Assembly (NCBI GenBank): GCA_043732485.1
Contig: JAYTHP010000116.1
Coordinates: forward strand, 1-32,782
Origin: Oligoflexia bacterium
GTDB lineage: Bacteria; Bdellovibrionota; UBA1018
Length of the DNA: 32,782 nucleotides
Reading direction: 5' to 3'
The notes under the pieces are model-generated. The model worked only from the letters and a program-made list of their open reading frames with translations, did no database searches and was not told the origin of the DNA. Every line of letters starts with the position of its first letter. Position 1 is the first letter of the stretch. Below are positions 9,419-18,050 of this stretch, in pieces. A program made the position numbers and the translations under genes.

Positions 9419-10738
9419 ATGACCTTCCCCACCACCCGCTCGCGTGGGTTAAAACAGCAGCGACTAGGTGACTTTGCAGGTCATTGCTTCTTATTCCTTG
9501 TCGCCGCCACCGCCGCTCAGCTGCTACCGTGCGGTTCGTGGCTCAGCGGCAGCGCACTTGCGCCTTGCGCCGCCTTAGCCGCAACCAGCGACGACGCGCC
9601 TGACTCGCCATCGATCCCGCCTAAGCCTCGGCAAAAAGTCATTCTTTTAACCTCCGTTAACCCTAATCAAACCATGGCCTGGTGCCGGATGACATCCAAC
9701 CGCTATATGGCGAGACTGAATGCGACCTTTCGTGCGCTCTTTGCACAAAGAACCTTGGATCGCTATGACCTGCAGCTCGTGAGCAGCGCTGATCAGGGTG
9801 ACCTGTCGCAAGCCTTGCTCGACCCCCACACGGTGGCGCTGTTTTGGATCTCACATGCCGGCAGAAGCGAAGAAGCCCTCGAGAAATCCCCAATGACCCA
9901 CCCCACCAACACCCTTACCAGCACCCTCACTTTAAGCAGGCCGCTTGCTTCAGGAGTGCAGCCTGCCGATGGTTTTGCCATTTTAGACATTCGAGGCTAT
10001 GACGTCACCCCGATATTTTCCAAAATTCATCCTAACATGCGCTTTTTAGCCATTATTAGCTGCTTTTCTGACGAGATTAAGACGCTAGAAGCCAACTTAA
10101 GCAGCCCAAGCGCGCTGCCGCAGCTGACTCTCTACACCTTCTCGCATGAAGAGGATGCCCTGATGGGACTGCGTGCCGCGGCCAAGATCGCCAAAAGTAT
10201 TCTAACCCTCCCGCAAGTGCGCTCAGGCTACTTCCCTTCCCCGATGCCACAAGAAGAGGGCCTCGCAGTCGTCATCCAACGGGACTCAGGAGACAAGACC
10301 TTGCCTGCAGTGCGGATCATGTGCCAAAATCACTTGCTTGCGGTCTTGCCAAAGAGTGCTTCCAGCCAAGCACAAGTGGGAGGGCAGCAACGCCTCACCT
10401 TTCTTCTGCCCTCAAGCGCTGTAAAACCGCTCTGGGAGGCGCTGCAAGTGACGCTTGGAAAAAACTGCTTTCTCACTTCCCCTCCTTGGATGGGGGAGGT
10501 GACCTTTCAATTAGGGGAGCTTGCCGCAACTGACGCTCCCCCAGCAAGCCCACTCATGACCCTGCACCCCTCCTCCTCACCGGAAGTCAGTACGCCTTGG
10601 AAAAAACTCGCTGGCCTTGGCGAAGAAACCCACATTTATGAACCGCAAAGCGATCAGCTCCCCTCAGAAGACCAACGGGTGAAGTGCTGGAGCCGACGTG
10701 ATGCGTTCAGCAGTGAAGCGATGCCTGCCTATGAGTAA
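9419..10738 (+). CDS. secreted hypothetical protein, possible His/Cys (clan CD-like) peptidase
   Basis: AGGAG upstream; signal-like segment ending AALA; motifs VALFWISHAG and FLAIISCFS. Confidence 0.7.
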   Translation: MTFPTTRSRGLKQQRLGDFAGHCFLFLVAATAAQLLPCGSWLSGSALAPCAALAATSDDAPDSPSIPPKPRQKVILLTSVNPNQTMAWCRMTSNRYMARLNATFRALFAQRTLDRYDLQLVSSADQGDLSQALLDPHTVALFWISHAGRSEEALEKSPMTHPTNTLTSTLTLSRPLASGVQPADGFAILDIRGYDVTPIFSKIHPNMRFLAIISCFSDEIKTLEANLSSPSALPQLTLYTFSHEEDALMGLRAAAKIAKSILTLPQVRSGYFPSPMPQEEGLAVVIQRDSGDKTLPAVRIMCQNHLLAVLPKSASSQAQVGGQQRLTFLLPSSAVKPLWEALQVTLGKNCFLTSPPWMGEVTFQLGELAATDAPPASPLMTLHPSSSPEVSTPWKKLAGLGEETHIYEPQSDQLPSEDQRVKCWSRRDAFSSEAMPAYE

Positions 10739-11084
10739 AGGATTTAAAAAACAAAATGGTTAAAAAAACCGCTAGTCTGGGGCCCGGTTTGCTGCTAACT
10801 GTAAAATTTTCCCCCGCAAGAAAGGGATCAAAGTAGAGAAAGGGGGAGGAGAGAGAGAAAAAAAGAGAGAAAGGCGACTCGAGTTCGGTTTCGGGTCCGC
10901 AGCTTGTCTCGTTTCCGGGGCAGTAGACTAGGGAAAAAGAGAGGGCTCTCCCTTACTCCCCACCCCGAGAGACACTCTCCGCCGCTATGCCCCCCAGGGG
11001 TGCCTTAGGCTTCAGGAGCTTGCACCCCACCCAAGGCGACCGCAATCACAAGCCTATGAAGAATTCATAGCATCACGTCAACCC

Positions 11085-11903
11085 ATGAAAAGGAAAACTA
11101 TTTTTATGACTTCACCCACTGCTTGCCAGAAACCAGTAGGCTTTCGCTCTTTCACCCGCAGTCAAGCTCAGCGCACTTTTTCCGTCTCGTTAAGCCTATG
11201 CTTTGCGACGCTTACGCTTGCGCAAACTGCTTTGCCCCTTCAGCTCCACGCTGCCCCAGTGACTCTTACCCGGCAATCTAAACTCATGCCGTTGATCTCC
11301 GCAGCCTTTGCCTTAGTGTCGGTGGATGACTTTTTTTCTCTTTCCACCCAGACGAGTGAAAGCGAGCTCAGTGGTCTTGGAAGCGGCCGGTCGTCGGGTA
11401 GATCCTCGTTTTCTATCCGCAGACCGTCATCAGCGCAGGAGTTTTTACGGATCCCGGATCTCACTGAGGCAGCCCAGCAGCTGGTGGACGACTGGGACTA
11501 CTCGCCGCTTGCTTACGAGCGCTGCACGCGTGAGGAACTAGGCGAATTTTATCAGGAGCTGTTCAGTTTTATCGGCACCAAAGAGGTGGACCAGCTGCGC
11601 CTTGCTTTTCCCAGCCTGAGTCAGGCTTACTCGTATAGTGCGAGTTTTCAGGAATTTGACGCGGCGCATAATACTTATTACGAGGGAGAGATTGCGGAAG
11701 TCATTGCCTTGATGTTGGGTCGGCTGCAGGTCAAAGCAACCCCGCAGATGGCCTCCCGGATTTTGCAGGAGTATCAAGCGGAGCTGCCGAGACAGGCCTG
11801 GATTTTTCAAAAGAAAATGGGCATCTCGCTCCTGAATCGCTATGCAGCACTTTTAACCCTGACGGACGAACGGAGCAAACCTCAGGTCCAAGCGGGAGAT
11901 TAA
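11085..11903 (+). CDS. secreted hypothetical protein
   Basis: 272-aa ORF; signal-like segment SLSLCFATLTLAQTALPLQLHA; no family recognised. Confidence 0.7.
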   Translation: MKRKTIFMTSPTACQKPVGFRSFTRSQAQRTFSVSLSLCFATLTLAQTALPLQLHAAPVTLTRQSKLMPLISAAFALVSVDDFFSLSTQTSESELSGLGSGRSSGRSSFSIRRPSSAQEFLRIPDLTEAAQQLVDDWDYSPLAYERCTREELGEFYQELFSFIGTKEVDQLRLAFPSLSQAYSYSASFQEFDAAHNTYYEGEIAEVIALMLGRLQVKATPQMASRILQEYQAELPRQAWIFQKKMGISLLNRYAALLTLTDERSKPQVQAGD

Positions 11904-11950
11904 ATGAGCTGGACGACGACGTCGGAGGCTGAGACCGAGCGCTTGAAATT

Positions 11951-12724
11951 TTAGCTAAATTGGTTATTCAAGATAATCACTTCCACCCGGCGATTTTTTG
12001 CCCGGTTCCACTTGAGCTTGGCTTGGGTAATCGGCCGAAAGTGCGAGTAACCTGCCACCCCAATATGCGCCGGCTCAAAGGGAAAGCGAGCAATCCAGTA
12101 ACGGGCAATCCAGGCGGCGCGGGCTGAGGAAAGCTCCCAGTCGCTTGCATAGCCTTTCACATGCTCTTCTGTGGGATCGGTGTGCCCTTCCAAGCGAATC
12201 AGCCGTTTGGTGCGACTCAAGACACTGCCCATGCGATCAAGGATCGGCCGCAGGTCGGGACGCACTTCGCTGGAGTTTTCGGCAAAAAAATCCTTAACCG
12301 CAATGCGAATGATCAGGCCTCGGCTATCAAACTCCATGCGCAGTGGCGCCTCCACATCGGTGGCACCCAGATCGAGACTCATGGTTTCTTCTAGCAATTC
12401 TTTCACTTCTTGCAATTCTGAGTCAGGGTCGCTTGCCGTATTCGCCTTACCCGCAGGCAAATCGATCAAGCGGCCGCGCACCAAATCGGTGTTATCAAAG
12501 ATATTGACCGTATGCCCGCCTGAGGTTCCCGTCAAGGACATGACGCCTGGCGGTGCTCCTTCAAAGGCGACCTTCATGCTGGCTAGCACCTTTTTCATCT
12601 TCGATTTATCGGCCTGCGACATGGCATACATGATCACGAAGAAGGCAAAAAGCAGGGTGATGAAGTCGGCGTAAGACACCAACCAGCGCTCAAGATTGAC
12701 GTGTTCGGGAGGTTTCTTTTTCAA
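11951..12724 (-). CDS. motB: flagellar stator protein MotB
   Basis: RWLVSYADFITLLFAFF with the conserved proton-binding Asp; OmpA-like domain (EGHTD, WELSSARA, KNRRVEV); 4-nt overlap with motA. Confidence 0.95.
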   Translation of the reverse strand: MKKKPPEHVNLERWLVSYADFITLLFAFFVIMYAMSQADKSKMKKVLASMKVAFEGAPPGVMSLTGTSGGHTVNIFDNTDLVRGRLIDLPAGKANTASDPDSELQEVKELLEETMSLDLGATDVEAPLRMEFDSRGLIIRIAVKDFFAENSSEVRPDLRPILDRMGSVLSRTKRLIRLEGHTDPTEEHVKGYASDWELSSARAAWIARYWIARFPFEPAHIGVAGYSHFRPITQAKLKWNRAKNRRVEVIILNNQFS

Positions 12725-13497
12725 GCTTTAGCCTCACCGGCAGCGTGCTTATAGTGCGATTCAACGAAAACCTCTAATTTTTCTTGTAAAAAGTGGGGGT
12801 TCAGACCTTCTTGGATCCCCACCACCCCAAGCTTGACCACTTCCTGGGTCAGCATTTTTTGCTGCGCTTTGCGCTTAATTTTCGTGCCCCACGGGATTAA
12901 AAACAAATTAGCCGAGCCCACGCCGTAAACCGTGGCGACGAAGGCCACGGCAATCCCTTCCCCGATTTTCGATGGGTCATCTAACATCGACATAACGTGA
13001 ATCAGACCCAAGACCGCTCCGATAATGCCGATTGTAGGCGCGTAACCGCCTGTGGCCTCAAACACCTTACCAGCGTTTTCTTCTTCCTCAAACGCCAGAA
13101 AAATCTCGGTTTCTAGAATCTCTTTCACCGTGTTCGGCTCAAAGCCGTCAATCACGTATTTGATCGATTTTTTGAACATTTCGTTCTTAATCGAATCTTT
13201 TTGCCCCTCTACCGCCAAAATCCCTTCCTTGCGGGCAATCGTGGCTATGCGAATGATCTCTTCAATAGTCGGGCGCACGTCCAGATCCAGGCTTTTATAG
13301 ACCCCTGGGACCAGCGAAAAAGCCTTCTTAATGTCGGTCATGGGAAACGACAAAAACATGGCACCAAAGGTGCCTCCAAACACCACAAGCGCTGCGGTGC
13401 CTTGCATGATTTGCCCGATGTGCCCGCCTTCGAGCACCTGCCCGAGCAACACCCCGCCGATCCCTAACACTGAGCCTAAAACTGCTGCAACATCCAT
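12721..13497 (-). CDS. motA: flagellar stator protein MotA
   Basis: Four TM segments; ARKEGILAVE, GGYAPTIGIIGAVLGLI, AVAFVATVYG and GIQEGLNP motifs. Confidence 0.95.
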   Translation of the reverse strand: MDVAAVLGSVLGIGGVLLGQVLEGGHIGQIMQGTAALVVFGGTFGAMFLSFPMTDIKKAFSLVPGVYKSLDLDVRPTIEEIIRIATIARKEGILAVEGQKDSIKNEMFKKSIKYVIDGFEPNTVKEILETEIFLAFEEEENAGKVFEATGGYAPTIGIIGAVLGLIHVMSMLDDPSKIGEGIAVAFVATVYGVGSANLFLIPWGTKIKRKAQQKMLTQEVVKLGVVGIQEGLNPHFLQEKLEVFVESHYKHAAGEAKA

Positions 13498-13606
13498 AAT
13501 CTTCCTACCCCTTTTTACTGGTCCCTCGTCAAGCGCAGCCCTTCAGCAAGGCAAAAACCCGCACTCGCTCACGCACCTCTCACACCACTCCACGCTTCAC
13601 CACCCC

Positions 13607-13876
13607 TCAGACACCTAGAGACCCGCTGCCACCAACGGCCCCGCCACCTGGCTCAGGCAAACGATCCTCAGCCTGCCGCACCACCCGGGGCGGTTCCTGC
13701 CTGGTACGTTTTTGATAATCTAGGGTGTCTTCCACCACTTGCTCCAGGGATTCCTTGACCATCACCTTCTCCCCTTGAAACAGGGTGATCAGGGTATCAG
13801 GCGTCGCTTCGAGCCATTTGATCGCCTCGCAGTTTAAGTAAAATTTCTTGCCATTCAGGCGGGTAAGTTTGATCAT
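13607..13876 (-). CDS. flbD: flagellar FlbD family protein (SwrD-like)
   Basis: MIKLTRLNGKKFYLN...IKWLEATPDTLITL...VKES signature; canonical position upstream of motAB. Confidence 0.92.
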   Translation of the reverse strand: MIKLTRLNGKKFYLNCEAIKWLEATPDTLITLFQGEKVMVKESLEQVVEDTLDYQKRTRQEPPRVVRQAEDRLPEPGGGAVGGSGSLGV

Positions 13877-14166
13877 AACTAGTTTATATTCTATCTTAAC
13901 TTTATTTTTTTTAATCTACAATATTAATTTACAAGACAAAATTTCTTGATAAAATAAGAAGAGAGAAAAGGCCCGACTTAAGAGCAAGCTGCATCGAAAG
14001 CAGCAAAGCTCAGTTCCAGTCAAAGCATGACTAGCCTGTGACGTGTTTTTTTTTGACCTTTAACCCCCAAAGCACACACCAGGAGAGACGTGGGCCGTGA
14101 TCTCACAATCGTTACTCAATAGGGCCTGAGGCTCGCTGTCCACTGTTTTAAGTTTTCGTCAAAATT

Positions 14167-15558
14167 ATGGCAAATCTTCATCCTCATCAGCATCAGCATC
14201 AGCACCAGCACCAGCACCAAGACTCCCCTCGCGGTCGAGCCTCGCGTTTTTCGCGCTCCTTCTCCCTTCCTTCCCTCCTCCATGCCGTCAACGCCTTGAG
14301 CTTCGCGCTTTTAGGCTTCCTGGCGACTGTAAGCTTTTTTGACCTCACCCCCCTCGTCAGCCCGACCACCTTAGCGGTCTTAGGCCTTTGGTTAGGAGCG
14401 ATGATTCTGCTCGCCAGTTTCCAGCGCTGGGGAACACCTCAGGCACCACAACCGCCGCGCGCCCTCCAGCCCTCTTCGTCCAGCAGGCAGAGGCCTGCTT
14501 TGTGGCAAGAAGCACTCTATGCGCTTTCGCTGCAGGGGTTGCTGATTTACGCTTTTCAGGGGATCGTGCTGCAACACCCCCTCTGGCAGGCCATTCCCTT
14601 GTTAACCCTTGAGCCTTATTTGCCGCAAAGTGCGGAGTGGAAGATTTTGCCGCATTTCTTTACCATCGGTGGCTCTTTGACTCAGTTTAACCACGAGCCG
14701 GTGCTTTACTCCTTGCCCTATGAATACGGACCCCCGGACCAGTTTTTAGGGCACCTCATTGCTCAGTGGCAACCGGCCACCGCGGAGCGGCCTGCCACTA
14801 GTTGGGTGGCTGAGGGACCTAAAACTCCTGACCCGCTGCTCACCCAGCAAGAAGTTCGCCCTTGTTTTTCCCAGCAAATGAGCTTTGCCTGCTTGCCCAT
14901 TCGCGCTCGCATCTTGGAGCGGCACTTAAAAGAGATGAGTCTCAAAACGGGTAAGGAATTTTTGAGCTTCAACGGCAGCAGCAATCCCGCGCGGGAAATC
15001 AAGTGGTTCCACGTCGACAACCCCATGCTGCCTGAGGAAGCCCAGGTGCAAGGTGTTTACTTGCGCGCCCAGGGCAAGACCCTCCAGCAGGATCGTTTTA
15101 TTATCATTCACCACAACGGTACCCAGCAAGCCTTTTGGCTGAACCGACCGCTGGAAGCGCCCTCCAACCAGCAGGCACAAGAAGCCATGCTGCAAACCCT
15201 AGGCAGTTTGCGCAGTTTCTCGGAATTAGAATCAGGCCAAGCCTGGATTAACCGCGAGTTGCAGGTCCTGGAATTGAACAACGACGACCCAAACGACGAG
15301 CCTTCGGCCGCCAAGCTGGCCGCCATCCAAGCCACCTTGCTTGCCAAACTCTCGGTGGAGCCCAGCAGCCTGATGAGCTATTATCACCTCTTTGGCACCA
15401 CCTTGTTACTGAAAAAGAAGCGCGAACTGGCGGCCGCAGGCAGTCAGAAATTACTGCAAAATAACCTCTTCCACCTGAGCAAATTTGCCCACGACATTGC
15501 CCCGCGTGACCCGATGACGCAGTGGATGGAAAAAACAGTCATCAGTCAGGCAGATTAG
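14167..15558 (+). CDS. hypothetical membrane protein with N-terminal (HQ)6 tract
   Basis: 463-aa ORF with about three N-terminal hydrophobic segments and a soluble C-terminal domain; divergent from flbD. Confidence 0.8.
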   Translation: MANLHPHQHQHQHQHQHQDSPRGRASRFSRSFSLPSLLHAVNALSFALLGFLATVSFFDLTPLVSPTTLAVLGLWLGAMILLASFQRWGTPQAPQPPRALQPSSSSRQRPALWQEALYALSLQGLLIYAFQGIVLQHPLWQAIPLLTLEPYLPQSAEWKILPHFFTIGGSLTQFNHEPVLYSLPYEYGPPDQFLGHLIAQWQPATAERPATSWVAEGPKTPDPLLTQQEVRPCFSQQMSFACLPIRARILERHLKEMSLKTGKEFLSFNGSSNPAREIKWFHVDNPMLPEEAQVQGVYLRAQGKTLQQDRFIIIHHNGTQQAFWLNRPLEAPSNQQAQEAMLQTLGSLRSFSELESGQAWINRELQVLELNNDDPNDEPSAAKLAAIQATLLAKLSVEPSSLMSYYHLFGTTLLLKKKRELAAAGSQKLLQNNLFHLSKFAHDIAPRDPMTQWMEKTVISQAD

Positions 15559-15887
15559 GCAGCCCCAGCTTGAAAACACCAAAAGAGCGGGCAAGTTACC
15601 CAGACGCAGAAGCTGAGAAGAAGCTGAGAAGAAGAAGAGAGAAAGCCGCAATCAAAATAGATTGATTTTGCGAGCAAATCAGACGATCCTGGAGAAAGAG
15701 AGTGAGCCCTTCATCGGCGGCCTCAAAAAAAGTCCGACCTAAAAAAAGTCAAAGAAAGTCTGGGCGACCGAGCAGCAAAGAAAAAGCCCCCTGATCCACT
15801 GTGCCTGACCGTTTTTGCTGACTTTTTTCCCGATCCTCGGGCTACTCTCAGTCACAAGGACTGCAAGACTGATTCACGAAAAAGACC

Positions 15888-18050
15888 ATGACGCAACCCC
15901 CCCAACCATCATCGCTCTTGACGCCTCCTAGCACCCTCCTCAGCCCAGCCTTCTCAGCCCAACGGCTAGGCGCGCTCTTGGCGCTGCTTGCCCTCCCTCT
16001 GACCGCTTGCACTAATCCCTTCGCAGGTAACTCGAATCTTGCCGGGCAAAACAATGCCGTCTCTCCCAATTCCGCTAATCCTGGCAATTACGCTTTTACT
16101 ATCAAGCAAGTGCTGGCCGATGCCTTTAATCCCGCAAGCACACTCGATGTGCTGGGCGACGGCAGCGGATCACTGGAAAACAACTGCCCACCCGTGACCG
16201 CTGGCGATGTCACCTCAAACGGTCCCGTTCAGTGTGTTTGCCAGTACACCTACGTGCTCAATAGCACCAACCAATCCGTCCAGACGCCGATTGTTTACCA
16301 CGAGATTAACCAAGTGCGTTGCAGCTTTAGTCCACCCACCCCCCCGGTGACCATCTCGCAGATCCAAGTCGCGCTCGTCAATACCATCGATCAAGCCGCA
16401 AGTAACCCCTTGGCGTTTAACACCCAAGGCTCAGGCGCCCTGCTCGACACCACCCAAGCCTCCAGTTTTGCTGAGATTTTCCGCTATCAGTGCCGTGACG
16501 TCCAGACCGTGCCTAGCCTTTTTTTTCCAGCCATGTATGACCCCTTCCAATCGGAAAACCCCCACATCAGCTATCCGCTTAATTTCTATGCCGGAAACTT
16601 AGGCGATGCTACTAATCAATACGTCTCAGCCTCACAAAACAACCCCTCAGCCTGGATCTGTCCGTCGATTTTAAATCCGCAAAAATCCTTGATCAACCCG
16701 ACCGCCATAGCCACCTACCAGCAAAGCAATCAGCTCAGCATGGGACTTTACACCAAAGGCACTTTCAACGGCACGGACGTCATCTACCCACCTAACCCCA
16801 AACTCACTCCCGGCTTCGATCGCACCACCTTTTACTTAGCCAAAAACTCCTCAGGCTCGTTTAGTGTCGCCGTCAACGGCATGTACGCCCCTCTGCTCCC
16901 GACCACCACCTCAACGGCCATTAACGGGCGACCGCTGCCTCCGCTCGGTTACGGAGTAGCCGCCATTCCGGGTAGGCACTCCGGCGAGGAGGCTTGCCCT
17001 AGCGCCTCAAGCGTCCCGATCCCGGCGGGATTTCAGTTCATGAAGCTGTGGCTTTTTAAAGCAGGCTTAGCGCCCCGCAGCTATATGACCGCAGGCACCC
17101 CCCCTGCCGGGGTCAATAACATCCTCTGCAATCCAGGCGACTGGCAACAAGGCACCGCAACCGGTGGGTCGATTACCACACCGGTTTTTAGCGGCTGCTT
17201 TCTCACGCCAGGCTCTACTCCATCGCCACAGACGGGTAATTTATCAGTCTCGCTCAACAATATCGACTTTCCCCCTGGGATGAGGAATTCCAACAGCACC
17301 GCCATGTCCAACAGCTATTTAGCCGACCGCGTGCTTGATATCTCCTCGCCACAAGCTGGCGCAGGCGGGGATTACATTTGTTTAACCCTACAAGGGCAAA
17401 ACACGATCACCTCCACCTCTGTGCAGCAACTTGCCAATGCCTGTAGCAGCGGACTCCCCGGCCCAGCCTGCATGGGCAATCCGCTTTACGCCACGCCTGT
17501 GGACTTCTGGCAGGCCTATGCTCCTGCTGCAATCCCGAACTTTGGAGCCATATGGGCCACTGTCAATGATAAGAACTTCGGCTGTGGTAGCAATCCGCAA
17601 AAGCCGATCTATGACCCGCTGCAGATCTGCAAAAGTGCTAATATCGGCGCAATCACGAGCGTCGTTGCCGCCTTGCAACCCACCTACTCAGGACCCACCG
17701 GCGCAGGCGGTGGCTTGCAACCACTCTCGCTAGATATCGTCAACGGTCAATCGACCGCCCGCAACGATTACGTCTTCATCGTCACGCCACCCATCATCAC
17801 CAGCAACCAAATGGCCGCAATCTCCAGCACGGGCGGCAGTTCGCCTGCGGCAGCCTACCTACCGTATCGCTTCTTAGCATTCTCCGATTGCAAGGCCGGG
17901 GACCCGCTCACCGCACCGGCTGGCGATTGCAACCCGAACGAAAACGTTGTGACCTATAACCTGCTGCTTACCGATTTAACCGCTCCCAACGGCAGCACAC
18001 CGATTTACCCCATTTGCGTCTTACAGCCCGTAGCAGGAGGAGGATCATGA
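15888..18050 (+). CDS. Cys-rich lipoprotein, hypothetical
   Basis: LGALLALLALPLTA|C lipobox (Cys codon 16008-16010); many Cys; 720 aa. Confidence 0.85.
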   Translation: MTQPPQPSSLLTPPSTLLSPAFSAQRLGALLALLALPLTACTNPFAGNSNLAGQNNAVSPNSANPGNYAFTIKQVLADAFNPASTLDVLGDGSGSLENNCPPVTAGDVTSNGPVQCVCQYTYVLNSTNQSVQTPIVYHEINQVRCSFSPPTPPVTISQIQVALVNTIDQAASNPLAFNTQGSGALLDTTQASSFAEIFRYQCRDVQTVPSLFFPAMYDPFQSENPHISYPLNFYAGNLGDATNQYVSASQNNPSAWICPSILNPQKSLINPTAIATYQQSNQLSMGLYTKGTFNGTDVIYPPNPKLTPGFDRTTFYLAKNSSGSFSVAVNGMYAPLLPTTTSTAINGRPLPPLGYGVAAIPGRHSGEEACPSASSVPIPAGFQFMKLWLFKAGLAPRSYMTAGTPPAGVNNILCNPGDWQQGTATGGSITTPVFSGCFLTPGSTPSPQTGNLSVSLNNIDFPPGMRNSNSTAMSNSYLADRVLDISSPQAGAGGDYICLTLQGQNTITSTSVQQLANACSSGLPGPACMGNPLYATPVDFWQAYAPAAIPNFGAIWATVNDKNFGCGSNPQKPIYDPLQICKSANIGAITSVVAALQPTYSGPTGAGGGLQPLSLDIVNGQSTARNDYVFIVTPPIITSNQMAAISSTGGSSPAAAYLPYRFLAFSDCKAGDPLTAPAGDCNPNENVVTYNLLLTDLTAPNGSTPIYPICVLQPVAGGGS

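Noticed and set aside
10830..11080. Purine-rich tract and possible ncRNA upstream of 11085
   Set aside because: Low-complexity GA runs and weak hairpins only; no recognisable RNA family features.
7978..11903. Genomic island integrated at tRNA-Ala
   Set aside because: No integrase and no duplicated tRNA 3' end seen in the window; no evident composition shift.
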